A DNA stretch of 64,000 nt from an uncultured Acidimicrobiia bacterium (GTDB lineage: Bacteria; Actinomycetota; Acidimicrobiia; Acidimicrobiales; AC-14). The DNA lies in the NCBI GenBank assembly GCA_963836205.1, contig CAWIIV010000024.1, positions 128,001 to 192,000 on the forward strand. The letters run 5' to 3'. Each line of letters begins with the position of its first letter. Position 1 is the stretch's first letter. The notes under the pieces are model-generated. The model saw nothing but the letters and a program-made list of their open reading frames with translations. It did no database searches and was not told the DNA's origin. Position numbers and translations under genes: made by a program. Positions 38,391-49,017 of this stretch are shown here, one piece after another.

Positions 38391-39835
38391 GCGTCGTCCG
38401 CCGGCCGGCGCCGACCACCAGCGACCGCCGGTGGGCGGTGCGCCTGGCGGTGGGCTTCGCCGCCGCCGCCCTCCTGCTCCACGTCCCCGGCCTGGTCGGG
38501 CGCCTGTTCAACTCCGACGAGGCCAGCCTGGCCACCATGGCCATGGAGATCCAGCGGGGCGGCACCCTCTACCACGAGACCGCCGACCGCAAGCCGCCGG
38601 CGGTCCCCTACCTGTACGCCCTGGTCTTCGACGCCACCGGCCGGCGCGACATCCGCCCGGTGCGCGCCCTCGCGTCCCTGGTGCTCGCGGGAACCGCCCT
38701 CCTCCTGGCCCTGGAGGCGAAGCGCCGCACCGGCAGCCGCACCGCGGCCGTCGCCGCCGGCGTGTTCCTCCTGGCCGGCACGGCGGCCAACTTCCCGGCC
38801 GACTCCCAGGCCGCCGGCTTCGAGATGTTCATGCTCCTGCCCATGACCGCGGCGGTGGTGGCCGCCGGGCGGGGGAAGGCGGTCCTGGCCGGGCTGGGCC
38901 TGGCCCTGGCCTGCCTGTGCAAGCAGACCGCGTTCCTCACCGCCCTGCCGGTGGCGTTCCTGCTGTACCGGGCGGGCGGGTGGCAGGCGGTGGCACGCGC
39001 AGCCATCGCCGCGGCCGGGGTGGTGGGGGTCACGGCCGCCTTCTTCGGCCCCCGGGACTTCCTCCTGTGGACGGTCACCGGCAACGGTGGCTACCTGGCC
39101 CTCCGGGGCTCGCTGTTGGCATCTGTCCTCAGGGGCGTGGGGATGACCACCGCCTTCGTGGTCCTGAACGGGGTGGTGATCTGGTGCTGCGTGGTCGCCC
39201 ACCGCCGGGGGGCGGTCGACTGGGACCTGTGGCTGTGGCTGGCCGGGGGAGCGGTGGCGGTGCTGGCCGGGTTCCGGTTCTTCGGGCACTACTACCTGCA
39301 GCTCGTCCCACCCCTGGCCCTCATCGGGGCCAGGGGCCTGCCCGCGGTGGCCAGGCACTGGCGGAGGGCGGCCGCGGGCCTGGCCCTGCCGGTGGTGGGG
39401 ATGTGGCTGTTCAGCTTCTCGCCGCCCAACTCCCGGGGCATCATCCCCTACCGCGCCGTCGCCGAACGGGTCCGGGAGCTGACCACGCCCGCCGACCGCA
39501 TCTTCGTGTGGGGCGAGTACCCCGAGATCTACTGGGCCGCCAACCGGGAACCGGCCACCCGCTTCATCCACACCGGGTTCGTCACCGGGAACTCCGGGGG
39601 CCGCGACGCGACGGCGGTGGAGGAGTCCGACGGGGTGCCCGGGGCGTGGGAGTTCCTGGCGGCCGACATCGCGGCCACGCCCCCCGACCTCATCGTCGAC
39701 ACCGGCCCGGCGTCGATCCGCAAGTCCGATCTCCACCCCCTCGAGGAGACCTTCCTGTGGGACGAGGTCGTCCGCCGGTACCGGCTGGTCGACGTGGTCG
39801 ACGGCGTCCGCCTGTACCTGCGCATCAATCCCTGA
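38387..39835 (+). CDS. GT-C (ArnT/PMT-like) membrane glycosyltransferase
   Basis: NSDEA, DRKPP, LCKQ, FFGHYYLQL, IFVWG. Confidence 0.8.
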   Translation: MSVVRRPAPTTSDRRWAVRLAVGFAAAALLLHVPGLVGRLFNSDEASLATMAMEIQRGGTLYHETADRKPPAVPYLYALVFDATGRRDIRPVRALASLVLAGTALLLALEAKRRTGSRTAAVAAGVFLLAGTAANFPADSQAAGFEMFMLLPMTAAVVAAGRGKAVLAGLGLALACLCKQTAFLTALPVAFLLYRAGGWQAVARAAIAAAGVVGVTAAFFGPRDFLLWTVTGNGGYLALRGSLLASVLRGVGMTTAFVVLNGVVIWCCVVAHRRGAVDWDLWLWLAGGAVAVLAGFRFFGHYYLQLVPPLALIGARGLPAVARHWRRAAAGLALPVVGMWLFSFSPPNSRGIIPYRAVAERVRELTTPADRIFVWGEYPEIYWAANREPATRFIHTGFVTGNSGGRDATAVEESDGVPGAWEFLAADIAATPPDLIVDTGPASIRKSDLHPLEETFLWDEVVRRYRLVDVVDGVRLYLRINP

Positions 39836-40102
39836 CCGGCCGCCTGCGCCCAAACGGGGGCGCTACCACCATTGATCCGACTGCCCCCGGACTGGTCCAA
39901 TCGACCGTGCAAGGCGGACGAGGCCAGCACGAGCGAAGCGAAGAGGCGGGGAACCGATGGCGGACACCAGGCAGCGATCTGCGCACCGGCGCGGTGGTGA
40001 CGGGTCCCGCCCGGCGCCGATCCTCGTCCTCCTTGCCCACGACACGCCGGCCGCGCCGCCCCACGGCGTTCGCTCCCCGGCATTCGCACCTCGGAAGGGA
40101 AC

Positions 40103-40516
40103 GTGATGATCCGTTCGATCCTCGTAGGAACCGACACGTCGGCCGCCGCCACCCTGGCCGTCGAGGAGGCCGGCCAGCTGGCCCGCGCCCACGACGCCGA
40201 GCTGGTGGTGCTCTACGTGCGTCCCCCGGTCGACGCCCGGGAGGTGTTCGACCCCGCCGCCGTCCCCGATGTCGACGGTCACTTCGCGGGGCTGGCCGAG
40301 CGGCTCTCGGGCCTCAACTTCCGCACCCGCAAGGAGTCCGGCGACGCGGCCGCCACCATCTGCGACGTCGCCCAGGCCGAAGGCGTCGACGTCATCGTCG
40401 TCGGCAACCGGGGCACCCATGCCCGCCGCCGGTGGCTGCTCGGCAGCGTGCCCAACGCCGTGCTCCAGCGCTCCCCGTGCTCGGTCTACGTGGTCGACAC
40501 CCGGGAGGCCCAGTGA
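40103..40516 (+). CDS. universal stress protein
   Basis: ILVGTDTS, DVIVVGNRG, LLGSVPNAVL...PCSVYVV. Confidence 0.9.
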   Translation: MMIRSILVGTDTSAAATLAVEEAGQLARAHDAELVVLYVRPPVDAREVFDPAAVPDVDGHFAGLAERLSGLNFRTRKESGDAAATICDVAQAEGVDVIVVGNRGTHARRRWLLGSVPNAVLQRSPCSVYVVDTREAQ

Positions 40517-41196
40517 GCCCGTCGCTCGCGGCCCGGGTCGGCGACTCGGCCCGCACCTGGCGGCGCGTCCTGCGGGCCTTCTACTCCCGGCCCCTCGCCT
40601 ACGGCGCCGCCCTCTTCGTCTCCGCCACCCTGGCCTACGCCGGCGGCGGGATCATGTTCTGGCTCCACGCCGTCTACCGGGGCGAGCACGGCCCCGCCAT
40701 CGACTACTGGCAGCACTGGTTCCTCGACTCGACCCTGGGGTTCATCGCCCTCACGCCGGTGGTCCTGCTCCTGCTGCCCGCCGTCCTGTGGACCCTCGGC
40801 TGGCAGGGCCGCAAGGGCGGTGGCGTGCGGGTCGGCGCCTACGTGTTCGTGGTGGGCACCCTCTTCGCCCTGGTCACGGGGCCGGGGCCGTTGCTCCACA
40901 ACGTGGTCGCGGGGGCGGGGACCCCGCTGGCCGACCTGGCCACCGACGTGTTCGGCCACGACCCCCAGATCGCCCGCCAGCACGCCCACGCCCCCGAGCG
41001 CTCGGCGTTCACCGAGGGCGTCCTCCAGGTGGCGGTGGGCATCCCGTCCTACTCGATGCTGACGTTGGCCTCGGTCCTCGTCGTCCGGCGGGTGGCGCGG
41101 AGCCGCCACCGCGGCCGCGGACGCGGTGCCGGTGGCGGTGGCGGTGGCGGCCAGCCCGGCTCCGCCCGGGCTCCAACCTTGAGCCGGTCGTCGTGA
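40513..41196 (+). CDS. His-containing membrane protein of unknown function
   Basis: 3' part of ORF 38380..41196; GTGA overlap with the USP gene; about four TM segments. Confidence 0.7.
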   Translation: MSPSLAARVGDSARTWRRVLRAFYSRPLAYGAALFVSATLAYAGGGIMFWLHAVYRGEHGPAIDYWQHWFLDSTLGFIALTPVVLLLLPAVLWTLGWQGRKGGGVRVGAYVFVVGTLFALVTGPGPLLHNVVAGAGTPLADLATDVFGHDPQIARQHAHAPERSAFTEGVLQVAVGIPSYSMLTLASVLVVRRVARSRHRGRGRGAGGGGGGGQPGSARAPTLSRSS

Positions 41197-41209
41197 AGGC
41201 GGTGGCGCG

Positions 41210-42502
41210 ATGACGCTCCTCGTCGTGGGGCTGAGCCACCGGGGCGTGCCGCTCGACCTGCTCGAGCGCATGACGGTACCCGCCGACCGATTGCCGAAGG
41301 CCCTGGACGACCTGTCCGGGCGGCCGTACGTCAGCGAATCGGTGATCCTCTCGACCTGCCACCGCACCGAGGTCTACGCCGTCACCGAGGGCTTTCACGG
41401 CGGCATGCAGTCCATCCGGACATTCCTGTCCGAGCTCGCCTTCGTGGCGCCGGAGGACTTCACCGACCACCTCGTCACCTACCACGACGAAGCCGCGGTG
41501 GCCCACCTGTTCGCAGTGGCGGCCGGGGTCGAGTCGGTGGTGCGGGGTGAGAGCCAGATCCAGGGCCAGGTCCGGAACGCGTGGGAGCAGGCCCGCAAGC
41601 TCGGCGCCTGCGGGCCCCGGCTCGACGCCGTCTTCCGCCACGCCATGGAGACGGGCAAGCGGGCCCGTTCGGAGACGGCCATCGGGAAGGGGATCTCGTC
41701 CCTGTCCCAGGCGGCGGTGGCCATGGCTGCCGACCGGCTGGGCTCGCTCGACGGGCGCCGCATCGTGGTGCTCGGGGCCGGGGAGATGGGCCAGGGCGTG
41801 GTGGCCGGCGTGGCCGCTCGCCACCCGGGCCATTCGGGCCACTCGGGCCTCGCCGGCTTGGCGGTGGAGGTGGTGGTGGCCAGCCGCAGCCGGGCCCGGG
41901 CGCAGGCGGTGGCCGATCAGGTGGGCGCCCGCACCATCGAGCTCGCCGACCTCGACAGTGCCCTGGAGGACGCCGACCTGCTGGTCACGTCCACCGGCGC
42001 CCCGTCGGTGGTCGTCACCACCGCCCAGATGGCCGACCTCGTCCACCGGCGGGACGGCCGGCCCCTGCTCGTCGTCGACATGGGCATGCCCCGTGACGTC
42101 GACGGGGGCGTGGGCCTGCTTCCCGGCATCACCCTGCTCGACCTGGCCGACCTGCGGGCCTACGTCGACGCGGGCGCGGACCAGCGCCTGGAGGTCGAGC
42201 GGGCCCGGGCGATCGTCGTCGACGAGACCGCCCGGTTCCTCGACGCGGCCGCCCAGCGCCGGGCTGCGCCCACCGTCAGCGCCCTCCGGGCCCGGGCCGA
42301 GGAGCTGCGCCTGGCCGAGGTGGCCCGCTACCGCAGCCGCCTGGCCGGGCTCGACGCCCGCCAGCAGGAGGCGGTCACCGCCCTCACGCGCGGCATCCTG
42401 GGCAAGCTGCTCCACCAGCCGACGGTGCAGCTCAAGGAGGCGGCGGGGTCGCCGCGGGGCGAGCGCCTGTCGGACGCGGCCCGGGAGTTGTTCGGGCTGT
42501 AA
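41210..42502 (+). CDS. hemA: glutamyl-tRNA reductase
   Basis: VGLSHR, ILSTCHRTE, GESQIQGQV, GAGEMG, DMGMPRDV, KLLHQP. Confidence 0.93.
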   Translation: MTLLVVGLSHRGVPLDLLERMTVPADRLPKALDDLSGRPYVSESVILSTCHRTEVYAVTEGFHGGMQSIRTFLSELAFVAPEDFTDHLVTYHDEAAVAHLFAVAAGVESVVRGESQIQGQVRNAWEQARKLGACGPRLDAVFRHAMETGKRARSETAIGKGISSLSQAAVAMAADRLGSLDGRRIVVLGAGEMGQGVVAGVAARHPGHSGHSGLAGLAVEVVVASRSRARAQAVADQVGARTIELADLDSALEDADLLVTSTGAPSVVVTTAQMADLVHRRDGRPLLVVDMGMPRDVDGGVGLLPGITLLDLADLRAYVDAGADQRLEVERARAIVVDETARFLDAAAQRRAAPTVSALRARAEELRLAEVARYRSRLAGLDARQQEAVTALTRGILGKLLHQPTVQLKEAAGSPRGERLSDAARELFGL

Positions 42503-42715
42503 GCCGCCCCCGATGGCGCGGATTCGACGTGGTACCCACCCCCCGGCGAACGGCGGCTAGCACCCTTTCAACGGATCCCCCACTCGGAACTAAATGGGGT
42601 GCGGCGGGATGAGCATCGTTTGGAAGCACCAGCGACGCACGTCCTCCTCGCCGCATGCAGTCAAGGCAATCGGGCCGCGGCGGCTCGACGGCACGACACT
42701 TCGAGGAGAAGACTG

Positions 42716-44473
42716 ATGCTCAACCTGAAGCACGGCGGGCACGTCCCGGCGATCGACACCAAAGGCGCCGGGGCCGTGGACAAGAAGACTGACGCGGCCT
42801 TCCTGGGCAAGAAGGACCAGCCGACGGCAACTCCGTTCGATTACCTGTTCCCTCAGCTGGAGGGCAAGCCGGACGCCCATCTGCCGGGTGCCCCGGCCAC
42901 GGTGGTGGCCGCCCTCAAGGCCCTCGGTTCGGCCATGGTCGACACCGCACCGGCCTCGGCGACCGACCCCAAGGTCCCGGTCAACTCGATCATCCCGGCC
43001 GTCTACACCTACTGGGGCCAGTTCATCGACCACGACACGACGGCCAACACCGACCGTGACTCGAAGGTCAGCGACATCACCCGGCCCGACCTGAAGCCGG
43101 TGCCGCCGGCCCAGGTCACCAAGCTGCTCAAGAACCTGCGCCGGCCGACCCTCGACCTCGACAGCCTGTACGGCAACGGGCCTGCGTTCATGAATCCCCA
43201 CCACAACGACGACGGCCTGTACGACGGGCCTCGCTTCCGGCTGGGCAAGAACGACGAGACGCCCGGAATCCCGGGCGACAAGATCCCGCCCGTGGCCGAC
43301 CTCAGCCGCGACCTGCCCCGCATCGGCCCCCTGCTCGACGCCGGCGTCATCACCCTCGACGACCTGCCCCCGAGCCTACGGACCGACCCCAACCTGCGCA
43401 CCCGGGCCTTCGTGGGTGACCTGCGCAACGACGAGAACCTGCTCGTGGCCCAGTTCCACGTGGCCATGCTGCGCTTCCACAACAAGATCGTCGACCGGCT
43501 GGCCAAGAAGAACACCGGGGCCAAGGTCCTCTTCCGGCGGGCGCAGAAGCTCACCCGGTACCACTACCAGTGGCTCGTGGTGAACGACTACCTGCGCACC
43601 GTCACCGCCCCCGGCGTGGTCGACAAGGTCCTCACCGGCGGTCCGAAGCACTACCACCCGCTCCAGGGCCACGAGCTGTTCATGCCCCTCGAGTACTCGG
43701 TGGCCGCCTTCCGCTTCGGGCACAGCATGGTCAGGGGTGGCTACGACCACAACCGCAACTTCGGCAGCCCGGGCGTCGTCAAGGGCTTCGCGTCCTTCGA
43801 CGAGCTGTTCCTCTTCACCGGCAACGGCTTCGAGCTCAACCCGACCGACCCGAGCAAGAGCACCCGCAACCCGTTCCTGGGCCTGCCCACGCTGCCCTTC
43901 AACTGGATCCTCGAGTTCGACCGCATGACCAACAAGGCCGACCCCAACGAGGGCCACTTCGCCCGCAAGATCGACACCCGGCTGGTGCCGCCGATCACCC
44001 GCATGGTGAACGAGGGCACCGCGGGCGACATCCAGGACGACGCCAACAAGCCCCTCCGGGAGCTCCTCCGCCACCTGGCCAACCGCAACCTGCTGCGGGG
44101 CTACCTCCTCAGCATCCCCACCGGCCAGGCAGTGGCGGCCGAGCTGGGCGTTGTCCCGCTCTCGGCGGCCGAGCTCCAGCAGGGCAACAGCGCCGAGGTC
44201 AACGCCGCTCTGGCTCAGGGCGGGTTCCTCGACCACACGCCCCTCTGGTACTACGTGCTGAAGGAGGCCGAGGTGCGGGCCAACGGCAACTCGCTGGGCG
44301 AGGTCGGCAGCCGCATCGTCTGCGAGACGCTCATCGGGGTGCTTCGCAACGACCCCGACTCGTACCTGAACGTGCCCACCGGCTGGGACCCGTCCGAGGG
44401 CGTCACCCTGCCCAACGGCGACCCCATCACCACCATCCGGGACCTCCTGTCCTTCACGGGCATCCCGGCCTGA
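42716..44473 (+). CDS. heme peroxidase (peroxidase-cyclooxygenase superfamily)
   Basis: YWGQFIDHD, DLDSLYG, GDLRNDEN, HYQW, AAFRFGHSMVR, PLWYYVLKE; GAGGAG RBS. Confidence 0.9.
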   Translation: MLNLKHGGHVPAIDTKGAGAVDKKTDAAFLGKKDQPTATPFDYLFPQLEGKPDAHLPGAPATVVAALKALGSAMVDTAPASATDPKVPVNSIIPAVYTYWGQFIDHDTTANTDRDSKVSDITRPDLKPVPPAQVTKLLKNLRRPTLDLDSLYGNGPAFMNPHHNDDGLYDGPRFRLGKNDETPGIPGDKIPPVADLSRDLPRIGPLLDAGVITLDDLPPSLRTDPNLRTRAFVGDLRNDENLLVAQFHVAMLRFHNKIVDRLAKKNTGAKVLFRRAQKLTRYHYQWLVVNDYLRTVTAPGVVDKVLTGGPKHYHPLQGHELFMPLEYSVAAFRFGHSMVRGGYDHNRNFGSPGVVKGFASFDELFLFTGNGFELNPTDPSKSTRNPFLGLPTLPFNWILEFDRMTNKADPNEGHFARKIDTRLVPPITRMVNEGTAGDIQDDANKPLRELLRHLANRNLLRGYLLSIPTGQAVAAELGVVPLSAAELQQGNSAEVNAALAQGGFLDHTPLWYYVLKEAEVRANGNSLGEVGSRIVCETLIGVLRNDPDSYLNVPTGWDPSEGVTLPNGDPITTIRDLLSFTGIPA

Positions 44474-44549
44474 CGGCGGCGAGCGTGGGGCCTGCGACCA
44501 ACCGGGTTCGTCCCGGCGGGTCGCAGGCCTCGCCCGCGTCCGGGGCCAG

Positions 44550-45935
44550 TCAGGCCTTGAGCACCACCAGCCGCTCCTCGGTCATCTCCCGGACGGCGGC
44601 GGCCGGCCCCTCCTTGGTGTTGCCGCTCGACCGAACACCGCCGTAGGGCATCTGATCGGCCCGCCACGTCGGGACCTCGTTGACCAGCACCGTCCCGAAG
44701 TGGAGCTCGCGAGCGGCCCGCATGGCCGTGGCCAGGCTGGACGTGTAGATGCCGGCCTGGAGGCCGTAGCGGGTGTCGTCGGCCAGGCGCAGTCCCTCGT
44801 CGGTCGACGGGTACGCCTGCACGGCCACCACCGGGCCGAAGACCTCCTCCCGGCACACTCGCATGTCGGGAGTCACGTCGGCCAGGACGGTAGGCCTCAG
44901 GATGCCGTCGTCGCCGACGCGGCCACCGGTGACGATCCGGGCTCCCGCCGCCACCGCCTCGTCGATCCACGCCACCACCCGGTCGCGGTCGTCGGTGGAG
45001 ATGAGGGCGGACGCGTCGGTCGCCTCGTCGAGGGGATCGCCGACGACGAGGTCGGCGACGTGGGCGGCCAGGGCTTCGGTGAAGCCGTCGGCCACCTCGT
45101 CGTGCACGAGGACCCGCTGCACCGACACGCACGACTGGCCGGCGTGAGCGAAGCCGGTGGTGGCAACGGCCTTGGCCGCGGCCCGCCAGTCTCCGTCGGC
45201 CTCGATCACGACCGGCGAGTTGTTCCCCAGCTCGAGGGCCACCTTCTTGCGCCCGGCCCGCTCCTTGATCGCCCACCCGACCTCTCCCGAGCCGGTGAAG
45301 GTGAGGTAGGCGACGTCGGGGTGGCGGACGAGGGCCTCGCCCACGTCGGCCCCGCTGCCGGTGACGACGTGGAGGTGGTCGGCGGGCAGGCCCGCGTCGT
45401 GGACGAGCAGGTCGGCCAGGGCCACCGCGGTGAGCGGCGTCTGGCTGGCCGGCTTGAGGACGACGGGGCAGCCGGCGGCGATGGCCGGGGCGAGCTTGTG
45501 GGCCACCAGGTTGAGCGGGAAGTTGAACGGGGAGATGGCTCCGACCACGCCGATCGGCACCCGGAGGGTGAAGGCGAGGCGGCCCTCGCCGATCTCGGTG
45601 GCGTCGATGGGCACCATGTCGCCGGTGAGGCGGCGGGCCTCGACCGCGGCGAAGGTGAAGGTGGACACCGCCCGCTTGGCTTCCACCCGGGCCGTCTTGA
45701 GGGGCTTGGCCGACTCCAGGGCGATGGTGCGGGCGAAGTCGTCCACCCGCTCGGCCAGGAGGCGGGCGGCGGCGTCGAGGATCTCCGCCCGCCGCCAGGG
45801 CGGAAGCGGCCCCTTGGCGAGCGCCGCCCCGGCTCCCGTCACCGCCCGGTCGACGTCTTCGGCCGTGCACTTCGGCACCCGCCCCACCTCGGCGCCGTCG
45901 TACGGCGAGCGAACCACGATCTGGTCAGCCGTCAT
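44550..45935 (-). CDS. aldehyde dehydrogenase
   Basis: SPFNFP, FTGS, LELGNN, GQSCVS, EEVFGP. Confidence 0.93.
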   Translation of the reverse strand: MTADQIVVRSPYDGAEVGRVPKCTAEDVDRAVTGAGAALAKGPLPPWRRAEILDAAARLLAERVDDFARTIALESAKPLKTARVEAKRAVSTFTFAAVEARRLTGDMVPIDATEIGEGRLAFTLRVPIGVVGAISPFNFPLNLVAHKLAPAIAAGCPVVLKPASQTPLTAVALADLLVHDAGLPADHLHVVTGSGADVGEALVRHPDVAYLTFTGSGEVGWAIKERAGRKKVALELGNNSPVVIEADGDWRAAAKAVATTGFAHAGQSCVSVQRVLVHDEVADGFTEALAAHVADLVVGDPLDEATDASALISTDDRDRVVAWIDEAVAAGARIVTGGRVGDDGILRPTVLADVTPDMRVCREEVFGPVVAVQAYPSTDEGLRLADDTRYGLQAGIYTSSLATAMRAARELHFGTVLVNEVPTWRADQMPYGGVRSSGNTKEGPAAAVREMTEERLVVLKA

Positions 45936-45948
45936 GACCCCGAGCGTA

Positions 45949-45996
45949 GGTTCTGGAGCCAAAACGACAGTACGTGTCGTTTTTCCTCCAGAACCG
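45949..45996. repeat. REP-like palindrome family A, copy 2
   Basis: GGTTCTGGAGCCAAAACGAC-N7-GTCGTTTTTCCTCCAGAACC; aligns without gaps to 1106-1153. Confidence 0.6.
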
Positions 45997-46014
45997 GCGG
46001 GCGACCGGGCGGGC

Positions 46015-46701
46015 TCAGGCGGGGCTGGGGACGAAGGTGACGGTGACGGTGGTGAAGCCGAGGGTGCCGAGCAGGGCCTCGAGCATCTGGCGGGTGTTCT
46101 GCTCCGCCCGGGTGGCGAGGTCGCTGGCCGCGGCCGCGGTGCGCATCTTCTCCAGGGCGGCGAGTTGGAGCTCGCGTTCGCCCGTGGGGGAGTCGGAGAA
46201 CACCGAGCCCAGGCGGTCGAGGAGGCCCCGGTCGCGGCTGATCACCTGGCTGTTGGCCAGGTCGAGCTTGGGTTCGCCCAGGGTCGGCGGTGGGAGCGAG
46301 ATGGTGACCGACTGCCGGTCCTCGGACACGACGATCGACTGGGCGTCGAGGTTGGAGAAGTCGACCGAGGCGTCGACCGACCCGGCGGCCGAGTACGTCG
46401 TGCGCTCGCCCCGGATGACCGAGGGCAAGAACTTGGCGTCCTTCTCGGTGTCGACCAGGACCTGGAAGTTGCCGGCCGCAGCGTGGTACTCGCTCAGGTC
46501 CTCCATCGCCTGGAGGAGGGCGGGCTGGGTGCGGTCGACGGTGCGGCTGGAGAACGGGTTGGGAATCGACGGCAGGAGCTTGCCCAGGGCGCCGGTGAAC
46601 GCGAGGAGGCCGCACACGAGGATCGCGCCCACGACCACCCATCCCGAGCGGGACCGGGGCCGCATGACCACGAGCCGCTCTTCCCGGTTGCGGTGGAGCA
46701 T
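46015..46701 (-). CDS. DUF4230-family membrane-anchored protein
   Basis: N-terminal TM, GSVDASVDFS, ISLPPP, RAEQNTRQML...LGF. Confidence 0.75.
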   Translation of the reverse strand: MLHRNREERLVVMRPRSRSGWVVVGAILVCGLLAFTGALGKLLPSIPNPFSSRTVDRTQPALLQAMEDLSEYHAAAGNFQVLVDTEKDAKFLPSVIRGERTTYSAAGSVDASVDFSNLDAQSIVVSEDRQSVTISLPPPTLGEPKLDLANSQVISRDRGLLDRLGSVFSDSPTGERELQLAALEKMRTAAAASDLATRAEQNTRQMLEALLGTLGFTTVTVTFVPSPA

Positions 46702-46719
46702 CCTCCTACTTTCCCACCG

Positions 46720-48108
46720 TCACGGGGTTAGCAGGCCCGCGGCCGCCTCCTGGGCCTGGCGGATGCAGGCGGCGATGCCCAGGCCCCGGTAGCCGGCACC
46801 GGCGACCACCACGCCCGGCATGGCCGCGGCCAGGGCGGCCGTCAGCCGGTCGACCCGGCGCTGGTGGCCGGGTTGGTACTGGGGGAAGCCGTTGGCCCAG
46901 CGGGACACGAGGCTGGTGACGGGCGGTCGGCGCACGTCGATGACGTCGGAGAGCTCACGGTGGAGGTGGGCCACCAGTTCGTCGTCGTCGAGGTCGGCGA
47001 AGCGGTCGTCGCCCGCCCGGCCGGCCGAGGCCCGGACCAGGACCAACCCGCTCTCCGCCAGGGCCGGCCATTTCGACGTCGACCACGTGCACGCCGTCAT
47101 CATCCGCCGCTCGACCCGGGGGACGAGGAAGCCGGCCCCGTCGAGGTCGTGGCCGACGTCGTCCGGCCGGTAGGCCAGGGTGGACACCGCCACCGACGCG
47201 TACCGGATGCGCTCGAGGTCGGTGGCCACCGCCGGCACCGCCCCCCGGAGCATGGGAGCGGCGGCGAAGGCGGGGACGGTGACGATCACGGCCGCCGCCT
47301 CCAGCACCGTCCCGTCGGCGGTCACCACCCGGTACCCGCCCCCATCGGGTTCGACCGCCTTTACGGGCGAGCCGGTGCGGATGTCGACGCCCGCCTCCAC
47401 GAGAGCCGTCGCCAGCCGCTCGACCAGCCGTCCGAGGCCGCCGGCGACGCCCAGGAACAGCGGCCCGGTGCCGGCCGCGGACGAGGGACGGTGGCGGAGG
47501 CCGAGGATGAGGCTGCGGGAGCCGGCGGCGGCCTCGGCCAGTTGGGGCGCGGTGGCGGCCAGGCTGAGATCGTCGGCCCGGCCCGCGTTGATGCCCCCCA
47601 CCAGCGGCTCCACCAGCCGGTCGACCACGCCCTGGCCCATTCGGGCGCCGATCACGTCGGTCACCGACGGGTCGGCGCTCAGGCCCGGACGGCGACGCGG
47701 GAGCACCAGGTCGAGTCCCGCCCGCGCCACCGCCGCCGGGGGGAGCACGCCCGAGCGCAGCAACGGTCGCAGCGCCACCGGCACGCCCAGGACCTGGCCC
47801 TCGGGCAGGCGGCGCAGGTGCCCCCGCGTCCACACGAACGCCTTGCTCGTCGCCGGCTCCGCCAGCTCGTCGCCCAGGCCGATGTCGACCGCCAACGAAC
47901 GGGCGTGGGGCACCCGGGCGAGGAACGTGTCCGGGCCCTCTTCCACCGGTACGCCCCCGAGCGACGACGTGCGGATCTTGCCGCCCAGCCGGCCGTCGGC
48001 CTCCAGCACCGTCACCCGGGCCCGGTCCCGGAGGAACCAGGCCGTGGCCAGGCCGGTGATCCCGCCCCCCACCACGACCACGTGGGGGGACTCAGGCGAT
48101 GCCGGCAC
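46720..48108 (-). CDS. hemY: copro/protoporphyrinogen oxidase (HemY/HemG, CgoX)
   Basis: VVVGGGITGL, RLGGKI, EEGPDTF, EPLVGGINAG, GFLVP, FPQY. Confidence 0.9.
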   Translation of the reverse strand: MPASPESPHVVVVGGGITGLATAWFLRDRARVTVLEADGRLGGKIRTSSLGGVPVEEGPDTFLARVPHARSLAVDIGLGDELAEPATSKAFVWTRGHLRRLPEGQVLGVPVALRPLLRSGVLPPAAVARAGLDLVLPRRRPGLSADPSVTDVIGARMGQGVVDRLVEPLVGGINAGRADDLSLAATAPQLAEAAAGSRSLILGLRHRPSSAAGTGPLFLGVAGGLGRLVERLATALVEAGVDIRTGSPVKAVEPDGGGYRVVTADGTVLEAAAVIVTVPAFAAAPMLRGAVPAVATDLERIRYASVAVSTLAYRPDDVGHDLDGAGFLVPRVERRMMTACTWSTSKWPALAESGLVLVRASAGRAGDDRFADLDDDELVAHLHRELSDVIDVRRPPVTSLVSRWANGFPQYQPGHQRRVDRLTAALAAAMPGVVVAGAGYRGLGIAACIRQAQEAAAGLLTP

Positions 48109-49017
48109 GGGCCCGCACCACGTCCGCCAGGGTGGCGCACAGGGCCGGGTGGTCGTTGGGCGACGGGGTGCGGGCGAAGTCGATGCGCATGGCCTCCGCC
48201 ATCTTGCGGGCCTCGATGTCGAGGTCGTACAGGACCTCGAGGTGATCGGACGTGAACCCGCACGGGCACACGACCACCCCCCGGGCCCCGGCCGACGCCA
48301 GCTGCGGCAGGACGGCCAGGATGTCGGGCCCGAGCCACGGCTCCGTCCCCCCGGTGCGGGCCGCGCTCTGCCAGGCCGTCGACCACCGGGGATGGGGCAC
48401 CCGCATGGCCACGCTGATGGCCGTCTCCCGCAGCTGGGTCGGGTAGGGGTCGCCCGACGCCTCGATGAAGGCGGGCAGGCTGTGGGCGGTGAAGACGACC
48501 TCCACGTCGAGCTTCTTGTGGGGGAGCGATGCGACGGCGTCGGCCACGAACCCGGCCAGCAGGTCGAGGTAGCCGGGGGCGGTGTGCCACGAGTCGACCA
48601 TGAGGACCTCGACGCCGTGGGTGGTGCCCGCCGCCGCCGCCCGCTCGGCGTACTGCCCCACCGACAGGAACGAGTAATGGGGTGCGAGGACGAGCCCCAC
48701 TGCCCGGGTGACACCCCGAGCGGCCAGGGCGGCCACGCCGTCCTCGATGAACGGCGGGGCGTGCTTCATGCCCAGCTCGACAGTGAACTCCGGTCCCAGG
48801 GCGGGCCGCGATCCCGGCCGCCTGGGCGGCGGTGCGCTCGAGGAGGGGGGACGTGCCGCCGATGGCCTGGTAGCGGCGGGTGAGGTCGTCGAGGAGGTCG
48901 GCGGGGGGCGTCCGGCCCCGGCGGACGTGGGTGTAGTACGACTCGATGTCGGCGGTGGTGGCCGGCGTGCCGTAGGCCATGACCAGCACGCCCACCGTGG
49001 GCCGCCGGTTCAGCCAC
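48092..49017 (-). CDS. hemH: ferrochelatase (HemH/CpfC), apparently frameshifted
   Basis: VMAYGTP...YQAIGGTSPL in one frame; GMKH, FTAHSLP, WQSA, GFTSDHLEVLYDLD in the next; extra base near 48804 and near 49000. Confidence 0.88.
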
